DNA of 64,000 nucleotides, taken from positions 484,419 through 548,418 of the forward strand of contig JADJIS010000002.1 in NCBI GenBank assembly GCA_016706865.1. The letters are read 5' to 3'. Positions within the stretch are counted from its first letter, which is position 1; the number at the start of each line of letters is the position of its first letter. This document shows positions 9,051-18,965 of this stretch, one piece after another. The notes under the pieces are model-generated. The model was given only the letters and a program-made list of their open reading frames with translations. It was not told where the DNA came from and did not search any database. A program made the translations under genes and the position numbers. Source of the stretch: Bacteroidota bacterium (GTDB lineage Bacteria; Bacteroidota; Bacteroidia; Chitinophagales; BACL12).

Positions 9051-11585
9051 CTAATCCGCTATCACCCTATCATATTCACCGGTCCTGCTTAAAAACTTTC
9101 CTGGAAATACATTGGTAAATTCTTTATCGCGATAAACCATTTTTCCATTCACCCATACCATTAATATGCCATCAGAAAGCGCTTTTGGATCTTCAATGTT
9201 TGCTTTGTCAATAACAGTTGCGGCATCAAACAAAACAAGATCTGCATAATATCCCGCGGCAATTATTCCACGTTCTTTTATTCCCACATTTTCAGCAGTT
9301 AATGCCGTCATTTTGTTGATACAATTTTCCAGGCTCATAATTTTTTGTTCGCGCACATAATATCCCAAAACCCGGGTAAATGCTCCATAACCTCGCGGAT
9401 GTCCGCCATTTGCTCCATCTGAACAAATATTCGTATGCGCCCAACTTAAAAATGGAATTATATCCGCATCGCTCATCGATTTACCCATGATAGTTTCTAT
9501 TCCATCTTCCTCAGGGTGCAATTTTTCATATTCTTCTGAAGCAGCAACTAAATACAATAAAGTTTGAGCAGCAGTTTCGTTGCGCAGTTTCGCAATTTCG
9601 GAAACCGTTTTTCCAACATATTCCTTATTAGGTTTAAATCGCACCATAACAGAACCTGTTGGATCAAATAAATGTTCCACCGCAAAATTTGCACCTTCTA
9701 TACTCGTGAAATCTTTTTTAGGAAAAAGCACCCGAACAGTGCTGTTCCAAAATGTATAGGGATAACAATCGGCAGTAATATTTATTCCTTCTGCACGTGC
9801 AGATTCTAATTTGGCGATAAGTGCCGGCGCAGTTCCCCAATCATCTTTTAATGCAATTTTAATATGAGAAATTTGAACGGGTAATTTTGCCTGTCGTCCT
9901 ATTTCAATTATTTCGTCGATGGCATCTGCCATGCTAATGTCTTCACTTCTTAAATGGCTGATATATTTTCCATTATATTCTGCGGCAACTTTCGCCAATT
10001 GTATAATTTCATCTCTGTTGGAATAAAATGCTGATTCATATTCTAATCCCGTTGATAAACCGAGAGAACCATTCTTCATTTCAAGCCTTAGAACATCTTT
10101 CATTGTATTTATCTCCTTTTGTGTTGCAGGCCTATTTAATTGGTCTTTGCCCATCACACTTTCACGAAGTGTGGAATGTCCTGTATAAGTTGCATAATTA
10201 ATAGCTGGTGAAAAATAACCTTTCATTGGATTAATATAATAACTATCTCCATCCTGCCCCGCTACAATAGTTGTTATACCCTGACTTAAAGCTGCAAGTG
10301 CATCCGGATGTTCTTTAAACGAACCTTCTAAATGACTATGACTATCGATAAATCCCGGTGCGAGAATTTTACCTCCGCCATCAATAACTTTTTCACCATC
10401 AAATTTTTTGAGATCGCCAACTGCCATTATTTTATCTTCTTCAATTCTTACAGAAGCATTTCGTGCAGGTGATCCTGTACCATCTATAACTTTTACATTT
10501 GTAATTAAAAACGTTTCCGGAATTGTAAATCGTTGTCCGTTAAATATATTTCTTGCAGTATAAGCACCTAAATGATTATCTCCACTACTCAATACAATAA
10601 GAGTGCGGTCGTTTTTAATATCTCTGCAGATCACATTTATAAATCCCGCCCAACCACCTGTATGTGAATATTGTTCGTTTGGTTTATCAATACCCCAACC
10701 AAATCCATAATTATATGTGGAACCATCCTTTAATTTAACAGGTTCAAATGCCTGTTGTAAGGTTTCTTTTTTTACGAGCTTTTCGGTCTTTAAACTTTGT
10801 TCCCATTTATACAGATCTTCTACGGAGGAATAAATATTTCCATCACCGGTAACACCATCTACATTGATCAGATCATTTAATTTCTTTACACCGTTAACTT
10901 CCGAAAATCCATATACATGATTGGTTGGCACTGCAGGCAATAATAAATGATAAACATAAGTGTCATTCAATCCTAACGGAGTCGCAATATTGTTTTTAAA
11001 AAAAATATTTAATGGTTGTTTTGTGATTCGTTCAATTATTGTAGCAAGAAAAACATAATTTGTATTACAATAACTCCAACTCGTTCCGGGAAGAAATTCT
11101 AATCGTGGAGAATAGGTGTTGTACGACTGAATCAATTTTTCATTGTTGAGTGTATCCAAAGTTTCCCGGTGGTTGTTATACAGATCAAAATATTCGGGAA
11201 TGCCTGAGGTATGGGTTAAAAGATTTCTAATTGTGATATCAACATAAGGTAATTCCGGAAGGTATTTTTTTATATTATCATCTAACGTCAGTTTCCCCTC
11301 TTCAGAAAGTATCAAAATACACATTCCGATAAATTGTTTTGAAACTGAAGCGAGGTTAAATGAGGAAGAGGTTTGTAAACTCTCCCCGGTTTTAATATCA
11401 GTCACCCCAAATGCTTTTTTATACAATACTTTGCCCTTAGAGGCATACAGCACCGTCCCGTTAAATCGATCAGTATTGTATAATTGGGTAAGAACACTAT
11501 CGAGTTGGTTTACATATGCGTTTCCCTGAGAAAAGCCTCGGGTAAAAATAAGGGTTAGAATAAATATGGAAAACAATTTTTTCAT
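9051..11585 (-). CDS. fusion protein: serine hydrolase (beta-lactamase/DD-peptidase fold) plus N-acyl-D-amino-acid deacylase (amidohydrolase)
   Basis: 844 aa with a signal peptide. The N-terminal half has SVSK (SxxK), YCN (YxN) and HTG motifs. The C-terminal half has GFIDSHSH and looks D-aminoacylase-like throughout. Confidence 0.8.
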   Translation of the reverse strand: MKKLFSIFILTLIFTRGFSQGNAYVNQLDSVLTQLYNTDRFNGTVLYASKGKVLYKKAFGVTDIKTGESLQTSSSFNLASVSKQFIGMCILILSEEGKLTLDDNIKKYLPELPYVDITIRNLLTHTSGIPEYFDLYNNHRETLDTLNNEKLIQSYNTYSPRLEFLPGTSWSYCNTNYVFLATIIERITKQPLNIFFKNNIATPLGLNDTYVYHLLLPAVPTNHVYGFSEVNGVKKLNDLINVDGVTGDGNIYSSVEDLYKWEQSLKTEKLVKKETLQQAFEPVKLKDGSTYNYGFGWGIDKPNEQYSHTGGWAGFINVICRDIKNDRTLIVLSSGDNHLGAYTARNIFNGQRFTIPETFLITNVKVIDGTGSPARNASVRIEEDKIMAVGDLKKFDGEKVIDGGGKILAPGFIDSHSHLEGSFKEHPDALAALSQGITTIVAGQDGDSYYINPMKGYFSPAINYATYTGHSTLRESVMGKDQLNRPATQKEINTMKDVLRLEMKNGSLGLSTGLEYESAFYSNRDEIIQLAKVAAEYNGKYISHLRSEDISMADAIDEIIEIGRQAKLPVQISHIKIALKDDWGTAPALIAKLESARAEGINITADCYPYTFWNSTVRVLFPKKDFTSIEGANFAVEHLFDPTGSVMVRFKPNKEYVGKTVSEIAKLRNETAAQTLLYLVAASEEYEKLHPEEDGIETIMGKSMSDADIIPFLSWAHTNICSDGANGGHPRGYGAFTRVLGYYVREQKIMSLENCINKMTALTAENVGIKERGIIAAGYYADLVLFDAATVIDKANIEDPKALSDGILMVWVNGKMVYRDKEFTNVFPGKFLSRTGEYDRVIAD

Positions 11586-11791
11586 ATACAGCTTGTTGTT
11601 CTGCGTTAAAGTTAGGATAATTTTTAATACCGGAAAATGAGCTTACCCAATACTTACCTGCTCATATCTTATTGGTTTTAAGTTTGTAGCTTTGATACAA
11701 AATGAAGTTCCCTGTCAAATGCTAATTATATGTATTTTTGACAAGCGCTTTATCTATAAAATATGGTTTCTTATTGAATTAAAAATCAAAT

Positions 11792-12391
11792 ATGGAAAAT
11801 TCAAATAGATCAATTCAAATTGTTGTGTTCTTGGTAATTACGATATTTTTTTCAGCTTGTTCGCCAAAAAAGAGCTCGGAAGAAATTAAAAAAACTGATA
11901 CCATTGTTCCGGCATCTCAGGCATCTGAGTCGGTAATAGGTTTTTTAACATGGTATAAAGTGCATATGATGGATCTAAATGCCTTTAAGCTGGTAACGAA
12001 TAATGGCAATGAAACCCCGGAACCGGATAAACCATATTCCGTTAATTTTTCAGAAACTGAAAAATATATTGCTGCACTAAAGGCCAGCGGATTTATTTCT
12101 GAAAAATATGTAGAAAATACCAGAGCATATTTTAAAAAATGGAATGATACACTAAAAGTGGAAAAACAATATGATGGTCCTCCTATGGGTTTTGATGCAG
12201 ATCTGATCATGTTGTCTCAGGATTTTGATCTAAATTTTCTGGATCAGGTGAAAATTAATACACATCCCGGCGGAACCTATAATGCACATGTAATGTTGGA
12301 ATTTCCTTACGGTTTGAAACTTGCGTATGCAATGAGTTTGGAAAATGGAAAATGGTTAATCGACGATATTCAGAATGTTTCTGAAAGATAA
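11792..12391 (+). CDS. lipoprotein, unknown function
   Basis: Lipobox FFSAC after a hydrophobic leader. 199 aa. Confidence 0.6.
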   Translation: MENSNRSIQIVVFLVITIFFSACSPKKSSEEIKKTDTIVPASQASESVIGFLTWYKVHMMDLNAFKLVTNNGNETPEPDKPYSVNFSETEKYIAALKASGFISEKYVENTRAYFKKWNDTLKVEKQYDGPPMGFDADLIMLSQDFDLNFLDQVKINTHPGGTYNAHVMLEFPYGLKLAYAMSLENGKWLIDDIQNVSER

Positions 12392-12397
12392 TTATAC

Positions 12398-13195
12398 ATG
12401 TTAAAAACAGAACAAAATTTAAGAAAAGTAAATGTTACAAGATATATCATGCCTTTGCGTGAAGGTGGTTCATTACCTGCATTGGCCGAGGCTGATGATG
12501 ATTTTAAATACGTATTAAAATTCAGAGGTTCAGGTCACGGTGCTAAAGTGTTGATAGCAGAATTAATTGGTGGAGAAATTGCGCGATTACTTGGTTTGAA
12601 AGTTCCTGAATTGGTTTTTGCAAATTTAGATGAGGCTTTTGGGCAAACGGAAGGAGATGAGGAGATACAGGATATTTTACAATGGAGCAAAGGATTAAAT
12701 CTCGCATTACATTTTTTATCCGGAGCAATAACTTTCGATCCTGTTGTAACACAGGTGGATGAAAAATTGGCTTCGCAAATTGTTTGGCTCGATGCATTTA
12801 TCACCAATGTTGACAGAACATTTAAAAATACAAATATGTTGATCTGGCATAAGGAATTATGGCTGATAGATCACGGCGCATGTTTGTATTTTCATCATAA
12901 TATTTCCAATTGGGAAAAACAGGCTTTGAGTCCTTTTAGTTTGATAAAGGACCATGTTTTATTATCAAGAGCATTTATGCTGGAGCAAATTAATGCGGAT
13001 TTCAAATTAATTTTGACGGAAGAAAAATTGCGGTATATCACGATGTTGATTCCCGATGAATGGTTGTTTTGGGAAGGAACAGAAGAAACGCCCGACGATT
13101 TGCGTAACATGTATTTTCATTTTTTAATTTCGCGATTAAATAATTCTGATATCTTTATAAACGAAGCCATACATGCCAGAGAAATATCTATATGA
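12398..13195 (+). CDS. HipA-like kinase family protein
   Basis: 265 aa. The pattern PLREGGSLPALAEADD...YVLKFRG.G...KVLIAELI...NVDRT..NTNMLIW...LWLIDHGA resembles the HipA-like C-terminal kinase core found next to DUF3037 genes. Confidence 0.65.
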   Translation: MLKTEQNLRKVNVTRYIMPLREGGSLPALAEADDDFKYVLKFRGSGHGAKVLIAELIGGEIARLLGLKVPELVFANLDEAFGQTEGDEEIQDILQWSKGLNLALHFLSGAITFDPVVTQVDEKLASQIVWLDAFITNVDRTFKNTNMLIWHKELWLIDHGACLYFHHNISNWEKQALSPFSLIKDHVLLSRAFMLEQINADFKLILTEEKLRYITMLIPDEWLFWEGTEETPDDLRNMYFHFLISRLNNSDIFINEAIHAREISI

Positions 13196-13556
13196 GTATG
13201 CGATAATTCGTGTTTTGCCTGTTGTGGAACGGGAAGAATTTCTCAATGTGGGTATTATATTGTTTTCCAAAAAGGCAAATTATATTAAGGTACTTTATAC
13301 AATCAATGAAAATAAATTAAAAGTTTTTTCCGGGGATGTTGATGTACAGCAAATCAAAATGAATCTGGAATCCCTTGTAAAAATTGCCAATGGTGAAAAA
13401 AATTCGGGTCCGATTGCTGAATTGGATGTCCCTTCTCGTTTTCGATGGTTAACTGCTGTTCGGAGTTCTGCGATACAGGTTTCCCGACCGCATCCCGGCA
13501 TGTGCTACAATTTGGATGCAACTGCAGAGAGGTTGTTTCAAGAGTTGGTGTTATGA
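13173..13556 (+). CDS. DUF3037 domain protein
   Basis: The opening YLYEYAIIRVLPVVEREEFLNVGIILFSK is the characteristic DUF3037 N-terminus. It overlaps the kinase gene by 23 nt. Confidence 0.7.
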   Translation: MPEKYLYEYAIIRVLPVVEREEFLNVGIILFSKKANYIKVLYTINENKLKVFSGDVDVQQIKMNLESLVKIANGEKNSGPIAELDVPSRFRWLTAVRSSAIQVSRPHPGMCYNLDATAERLFQELVL

Positions 13557-13625
13557 TGATACATTCTGCAACTTTATTCATTTTGTGTAATTTTGATATT
13601 AAGGAATTTTTAAAATAATTTTTTA

Positions 13626-15095
13626 ATGCAAAATAAATTCTCCAGAAAAAATTTTATCACACTAACTACACTTGCCGGAGCCGGATTAATTTTAGATGCA
13701 TGTGGTGCAGGAGGGGGAAAGGAGAGAGGAGAAAGCAGTGAGGAGTATGCAGATTCTTTGAATCTGCCTGAAGAGGAAAACGAGTTTACATATTCCGTAA
13801 AATTAATTCGAAAAGAGGATATGGAATATGAAGAATTGCGTAAAGGATTTAATAAACGCATTAATAAATTTCCATTAATAATTGCGCTTTGTACATCAAC
13901 ACAAGATGTTTCAGAAGCCATTAAATATGCTAAAATAAATAAACTGGCAGTTACAATTAAAAGTGGCGGACATAGTATGGAGGGATTTTCATCTAATGAT
14001 GGAGGGCTTGTTATTAATTTGTCGAAAATGAATTCCGTGGAATTTTTAGAAAACAATAATATAAAAGTTGGTCCCGGTTGCACTTTGTTTAATTTATATG
14101 ATCAAATACTTCCTAAAAAAAGATTATTACCTGCAGGCTCTTGTGGAACCGTTGGCATCGGCGGTTTAACTATGGGAGGTGGATATGGTTTATTTTCCAG
14201 AAAATTTGGTTTGACTTGCGATCATTTGCTGGAAGCAACTTTTGTTGATGGTAACGGAAAAATACATTCTACAAAAGATGACCCTGAATTATTATGGGCG
14301 CTGCGTGGCGGTGGTGCAGGAAATTTTGGAGTAGTAACAGAAATGGTATTTCGCACACAGGAAGCTCCTTCTGTAATGAGGTCACATCATTTTAAAGCAA
14401 GAAAACTGGATGCACTACGTGCAAAAAACATTTTAGAAAAGTGGTTTGAATTTACAGCAAAATTATCGGACACCTGTTTTTCGGCATTTGTATTAAATGG
14501 CAGTACATTAAATATTCTGGTGACAAATTTTGGTGAACATAATTCCACTTTGGAAACAAATTTGAAGGAACTTGCTCAGCACACGGATGAATTCAGATCA
14601 GTTGCACCAATTGAACTATCTAAAAAATTAAAGAATTATTACGGATCATTGGCTCCGGTAAATTTCAAAAATTCATCTGCAGGATTGTATAAAAGTTATA
14701 AAGATATTTCAGGCTTCATTGCTGATGTATTTGAAAAAATAATTCATAATCCCGGAATGATATATCAATTAAATACTTTGGCAGGAAAAATTAATGATGC
14801 TGAATTTGAAAAAGTTTCCTGTTACCCTCATCGTGCTTACAATTATATTTCCGAATTACAAGCCTATTGGGAAGATGTTTCCCGTGAAGAAAAATTAAAA
14901 ACAGTTTCCGTAGAAATATTGGATATATTTAAAAGTAACGGAATTACCTCACAATACATCAATTATTGCAGCACCGAATTCGCCAATTGGGAAAATTCGT
15001 ATTATGGAAACAATTATCCGAGGTTGCAGGAGGTGAAGAAAAAATATGATGCAAGTGATGTTGTGAGGTATGCACAGAGTGTGAGGGTGGGGTGA
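13626..15095 (+). CDS. FAD-linked oxidoreductase (FAD_binding_4 plus BBE-like C-terminal domain), exported
   Basis: Tat/lipoprotein-like leader (SRKNFITLTTLAGAGLILDAC), a GGHSMEGFS FAD-binding motif and a C-terminal BBE-like YINY...NYPRLQEVKKKYD. Confidence 0.85.
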   Translation: MQNKFSRKNFITLTTLAGAGLILDACGAGGGKERGESSEEYADSLNLPEEENEFTYSVKLIRKEDMEYEELRKGFNKRINKFPLIIALCTSTQDVSEAIKYAKINKLAVTIKSGGHSMEGFSSNDGGLVINLSKMNSVEFLENNNIKVGPGCTLFNLYDQILPKKRLLPAGSCGTVGIGGLTMGGGYGLFSRKFGLTCDHLLEATFVDGNGKIHSTKDDPELLWALRGGGAGNFGVVTEMVFRTQEAPSVMRSHHFKARKLDALRAKNILEKWFEFTAKLSDTCFSAFVLNGSTLNILVTNFGEHNSTLETNLKELAQHTDEFRSVAPIELSKKLKNYYGSLAPVNFKNSSAGLYKSYKDISGFIADVFEKIIHNPGMIYQLNTLAGKINDAEFEKVSCYPHRAYNYISELQAYWEDVSREEKLKTVSVEILDIFKSNGITSQYINYCSTEFANWENSYYGNNYPRLQEVKKKYDASDVVRYAQSVRVG

Positions 15096-15146
15096 ATTTA
15101 TATTTTGATATTTTAATAGAATGTTTTGCAAAAGTGGATATAAAAC

Positions 15147-15186
15147 ACAAAAAAATCCCGAATAGAATTCACTTCCATCCGGGATT
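15147..15186 (-). terminator. putative intrinsic terminator of recA
   Basis: AATCCCG (15154-15160) pairs with CGGGATT (15180-15186) and is followed on the minus strand by a 7-nt T-run. The loop is long (19 nt). Confidence 0.55.
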
Positions 15187-15206
15187 GGTTTAATAATGAT
15201 CAGTAT

Positions 15207-16238
15207 TTATTTTTCTTTCACCTCTGCAATCACAGGTGCATTCATTGCAAGTTTTGCTTTGATCTTTTTTTCGATCTCTGCTGCTAATTCCGGATTGTCT
15301 TTTAATAATTCTTTAACACCTTCACGGCCTTGTCCGAGTTTGGTGCCTTCGTAACTATACCAAGCTCCGCTTTTTTGAACAACTCCGCATTCGGCTCCAA
15401 GATCTACAATTTCACCTATTTTGGAAATTCCTTCTCCATACATAATATCAAATTCTGCCTGACGGAAAGGAGGTGCAACTTTGTTCTTCACAATTTTTAC
15501 GCGAACACGGTTACCAACCATATCTTCCTTGTCTTTAATTTGTCCGATACGACGAATGTCAATTCTTACCGAAGCATAAAATTTAAGTGCATTACCACCG
15601 GTGGTTGTTTCCGGATTTCCGAACATAACTCCGATCTTTTCACGCAACTGATTGATGAAAATACAGCAACATCCTGTGCGGCTGATAGTTCCGGTCAATT
15701 TACGAAGTGCCTGACTCATCAAACGGGCCTGAAGTCCCATTTTGCTTTCGCCCATTTCGCCTTCTAATTCGGCTTTTGGTACTAATGCGGCAACGGAGTC
15801 GATTACCACCACATCCAATGCGCCGGAGCGAATTAAATGATCGGCAATTTCCAATCCCTGCTCACCATAATCTGGTTGGGAGATCAATAGATTCTCCACA
15901 TCCACACCCAATTTTTCGGCATATCCTTTGTCGAAAGCGTGTTCCGCGTCAATAATTGCGCAAACTCCACCCTTTTTTTGAGCTTCTGCTATAATATGTA
16001 TCGCTAAAGTCGTTTTTCCGGATGCTTCCGGGCCATAGATCTCAATCACACGTCCACGGGGAATTCCGCCAATACCCAATGCAAGATCCACGCCTATGGA
16101 TCCCGATGGAATAACATCTTCCGCAACTACGGGCGAATCGCCCAATTTCATTACGGTGCCTTTACCGTACAATTTATTAAGGCTGTCTACTGCAAGTCCT
16201 AAGGCCTTTGCTTTGTCATCGTTTTTGTCTGCTGCCAT
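15207..16238 (-). CDS. recA: recombinase RecA
   Basis: Full-length RecA: Walker [10 protein letters not shown], the [14 protein letters not shown] segment and L2-loop motifs. Confidence 0.98.
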   Translation of the reverse strand: MAADKNDDKAKALGLAVDSLNKLYGKGTVMKLGDSPVVAEDVIPSGSIGVDLALGIGGIPRGRVIEIYGPEASGKTTLAIHIIAEAQKKGGVCAIIDAEHAFDKGYAEKLGVDVENLLISQPDYGEQGLEIADHLIRSGALDVVVIDSVAALVPKAELEGEMGESKMGLQARLMSQALRKLTGTISRTGCCCIFINQLREKIGVMFGNPETTTGGNALKFYASVRIDIRRIGQIKDKEDMVGNRVRVKIVKNKVAPPFRQAEFDIMYGEGISKIGEIVDLGAECGVVQKSGAWYSYEGTKLGQGREGVKELLKDNPELAAEIEKKIKAKLAMNAPVIAEVKEK

Positions 16239-16462
16239 TTTTTTAAGTTTTTAAGGTTTATAAAGTAAATTAGTTGCATTTTCGGGCCTTTTGTTTTTTC
16301 CCCGTCAATGCATCTGCGAAGCTAAATAATTACACTGCCAATAAAAATTATTTTTAACGATTGTAAACAGAATGTTGACAAAATCTGAAATTGTAAGGTT
16401 TGTTAAGGAATTGGGAACTCCGCAACATAATGCCTTAACTTCGTGCTCAAAACTCAACCAAA

Positions 16463-18283
16463 ATGAAAAAATCACTCTTTTTATTATTTACTGCTTCTGT
16501 TGTTTTGATGGCTTGTAAGTCGAAAAAAACAGAAGATAACAGTGTTTTACAGCAAGAGGTGCAAACCTACCTCGACCAATACAATGCAGAATATCAAAAA
16601 TTGGTAACTGCAGCTTCCGAAGGACAATGGGTGCTTAACACGCATATTGTGGAAGGCGATACCATGGCAAAACACAATGCAGCAATTTCTGATGAAGCCT
16701 ATTCAAAATTTACAGGAAGTAAGGTTAACATCGAAACTGCACAAAAATATTTAAAGGAAAAAGATAAACTCACCGATCTGCAAGTGAAGCAATTGGATTA
16801 TATTTTATTTTTTGCAGGAAATAATCCGGAAACAGCAGGAGATGTTGTTAAAAAAAGAATTGATGCAACCAACGCACAAACAGAGGCGCTATTCGGATTT
16901 AAATATACTATGAAAGATAAACCCGTAACACCAAATGCACTTGATGGTATTTTACGTGAATCAACCGATCTTAAAGAGAGATTAGCTGCATGGGAATCAA
17001 GTAAAGAAGTTGGAAAAACTTTAAAAGATGGATTATCAAATTTGCAGCAATTACGAAATGCAAGTGTTACTCCACTCGGATATAAAGATTTTTTCGCATA
17101 TCAGGCAAGTGAATACGGAATGACAAGCGAAGAAATGTTGGAACTTACACATAGTATGATAAATGATGTTTGGCCGCTTTATCGCGAATTACATACCTGG
17201 GCACGTTACGAACTTGCAAAAAAATATGGTCAGGAAGTACCTGAATATTTACCTGCAGAATGGTTGCCAAATCGTTGGGGACAAGACTGGACAGCGATGG
17301 TAAATGTGGAAGGATTGGATATTGATCCGGTTTTAAAAACGCATGATGCCGAATGGGTTGTGAAACAAGGAGAAGCATTTTGGATGAGCATGGGATTTCC
17401 TGCGCTTCCAACTTCTTTTTATGAAAAATCATCTTTATATCCCGCACCGGAAGGAGCAGGTTATTCAAAAAATAATCATGCAAGTGCATGGCATATTGAT
17501 CTTGATAAAGATCTTCGTTCATTAATGAGCGTGGAAACAAATACAGAATGGTGGGGAACAGTTTTACATGAACTCGGACATATTTATTATTACAGTTCTT
17601 ATTCCACACCTGAAGTTCCTTATGTTTTAAGAACAGGTGCTAATCGCGGATATCATGAAGCATTTGGTTCCATGATTGGTATGGCGAGTTTACAAAAACC
17701 TTTGTTGGAAAGTCAGGGTTTAATTACCGCAGGTGTTAAAACTGACGACACTCAAAAATTATTAAGTGAAGCGTTGGATTTTATTGTACATATTCCTTGG
17801 GGAAGTGGGGTAATGACAGAATTTGAATATGCATTATACGCACAAAATTTACCCAAAGATCAATACAATGCAAAATGGTGGGAATTAGTTAAAAAATATC
17901 AGGGAATTGTTCCACCTTATGTACGCGGAGAAGAATATTGTGATGCTGCAACTAAAACACATATTAATGATGATGCTGCACAATATTATGATTATTCCAT
18001 CAGCAACGTTTTATTATTTCAGTTCCACGATTATATTGCAAAAAATATTTTAAAACAAGATCCGCATGCTACCAATTATTGGGGAAGCACTGCAACAGGT
18101 GATTTCCTTAAAAAAGTGATGGCTCCCGGCGCAACAGTGGACTGGCGTGAACATTTAAAGGCATCCATCGGCAGCGATATGAGCGCAAAACCCATGTTGG
18201 ATTATTTTCTTCCTTTAATGGATTATCTTAAAAAACAAAACGAAGGAAGAGTTTATACCTTACCTGAAAAACCGGTTTTTTAA
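16463..18283 (+). CDS. M2 family metallopeptidase (peptidyl-dipeptidase A / ACE homologue), lipoprotein
   Basis: The zinc motif HELGH plus a downstream GANRGYHEAFG parallels HEMGH...GANPGFHEAIG of angiotensin-converting enzyme. Leader ends in a lipobox (LMAC). Confidence 0.85.
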   Translation: MKKSLFLLFTASVVLMACKSKKTEDNSVLQQEVQTYLDQYNAEYQKLVTAASEGQWVLNTHIVEGDTMAKHNAAISDEAYSKFTGSKVNIETAQKYLKEKDKLTDLQVKQLDYILFFAGNNPETAGDVVKKRIDATNAQTEALFGFKYTMKDKPVTPNALDGILRESTDLKERLAAWESSKEVGKTLKDGLSNLQQLRNASVTPLGYKDFFAYQASEYGMTSEEMLELTHSMINDVWPLYRELHTWARYELAKKYGQEVPEYLPAEWLPNRWGQDWTAMVNVEGLDIDPVLKTHDAEWVVKQGEAFWMSMGFPALPTSFYEKSSLYPAPEGAGYSKNNHASAWHIDLDKDLRSLMSVETNTEWWGTVLHELGHIYYYSSYSTPEVPYVLRTGANRGYHEAFGSMIGMASLQKPLLESQGLITAGVKTDDTQKLLSEALDFIVHIPWGSGVMTEFEYALYAQNLPKDQYNAKWWELVKKYQGIVPPYVRGEEYCDAATKTHINDDAAQYYDYSISNVLLFQFHDYIAKNILKQDPHATNYWGSTATGDFLKKVMAPGATVDWREHLKASIGSDMSAKPMLDYFLPLMDYLKKQNEGRVYTLPEKPVF

Positions 18284-18312
18284 GGATTTAAATTTTTGGA
18301 ATAGTATTAAAA

Positions 18313-18352
18313 ATGTCCGAAGAGTTTTAATGAACTCTTCGGACATTTTTAA
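18313..18352 (+). terminator. intrinsic terminator
   Basis: Perfect 14-bp stem ATGTCCGAAGAGTT/AACTCTTCGGACAT, loop TTAATG, then a T-run. Confidence 0.85.
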
Positions 18353-18550
18353 TTTAAAATTTGGGTCAGTAGTAAAATTTGGGGAATGAATAATTATAGT
18401 TGATCTTTTTGTATGAAATTAAGACTTATTACCTTTATTTTTATTTGCACTCACTAACTCTCAATTTATTAATTGAATTAATTCATATTGTAGAGCTCAA
18501 ATTAAAATAAAGAATTTTGATCCTCAAAATTAGTTTACGGAGCAGAGGGC

Positions 18551-18812
18551 GGGCATCAGCAGGTGGCTTTAATGTCCCTTATGCGCCGCCACATCATAAC
18601 AAAAGCACCAATGTTAGCAGGATTTGAGCGAAAATAAGCGCCATCATATTGTAAAGTACTATTTTGATCTTAAATTAGATTTTAAATCGAATGATAAATC
18701 ACCAAATGAAAAGGCGCCTTTTTCGCTCCGGGTGGCAAGCATTAGGGACATTTAAGCCGCATGGTGAAGCCCTTGACTTTTGGCGCCACCTTTTGGTCAA
18801 ACAAAAGGTGGC
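18551..18812. other. GC-rich nested imperfect palindrome plus an 11-bp hairpin (candidate structured RNA or MITE)
   Basis: Outer 34-nt arms at 18551-18584 and 18739-18772. Inner arms at 18626-18642 and 18713-18728. Perfect hairpin GCCACCTTTTG/CAAAAGGTGGC at 18785-18812. It lies in a 680-bp gap with no ORF of 60 aa or more. Confidence 0.35.
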
Positions 18813-18965
18813 AAAACTGATGTAATTGCAATTAATCACTCGGAGCTGAATCTTGATTTCTTAATATTATAATGACCTTTATATGTCTAAAAATAATAAT
18901 GAAATTAATGTTACTCCCCAGAAATGAAGATGTCCCTAAATTATTCAAGATCAACACATTAGAAT

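Noticed and set aside
13610-14083. A 157-aa minus-strand ORF.
   Set aside because: It is antisense to the well-supported FAD-linked oxidoreductase gene.
15330-15955. + strand ORFs (145 aa and 82 aa) within recA.
   Set aside because: They are antisense to an unambiguous full-length recA and have no recognisable motifs.
18541-18815. Identity as tmRNA, RNase P RNA, SRP RNA or a tRNA.
   Set aside because: I could not find the signature motifs. There is no GGGGCTG...TCCACCA for tmRNA, no GAGGAAAGTCC for RNase P, no GGAAG..AGCAGC helix-8 motif for SRP RNA, and no tRNA cloverleaf with a GTTCRANYC T-loop. It is kept only as an unclassified structured element.
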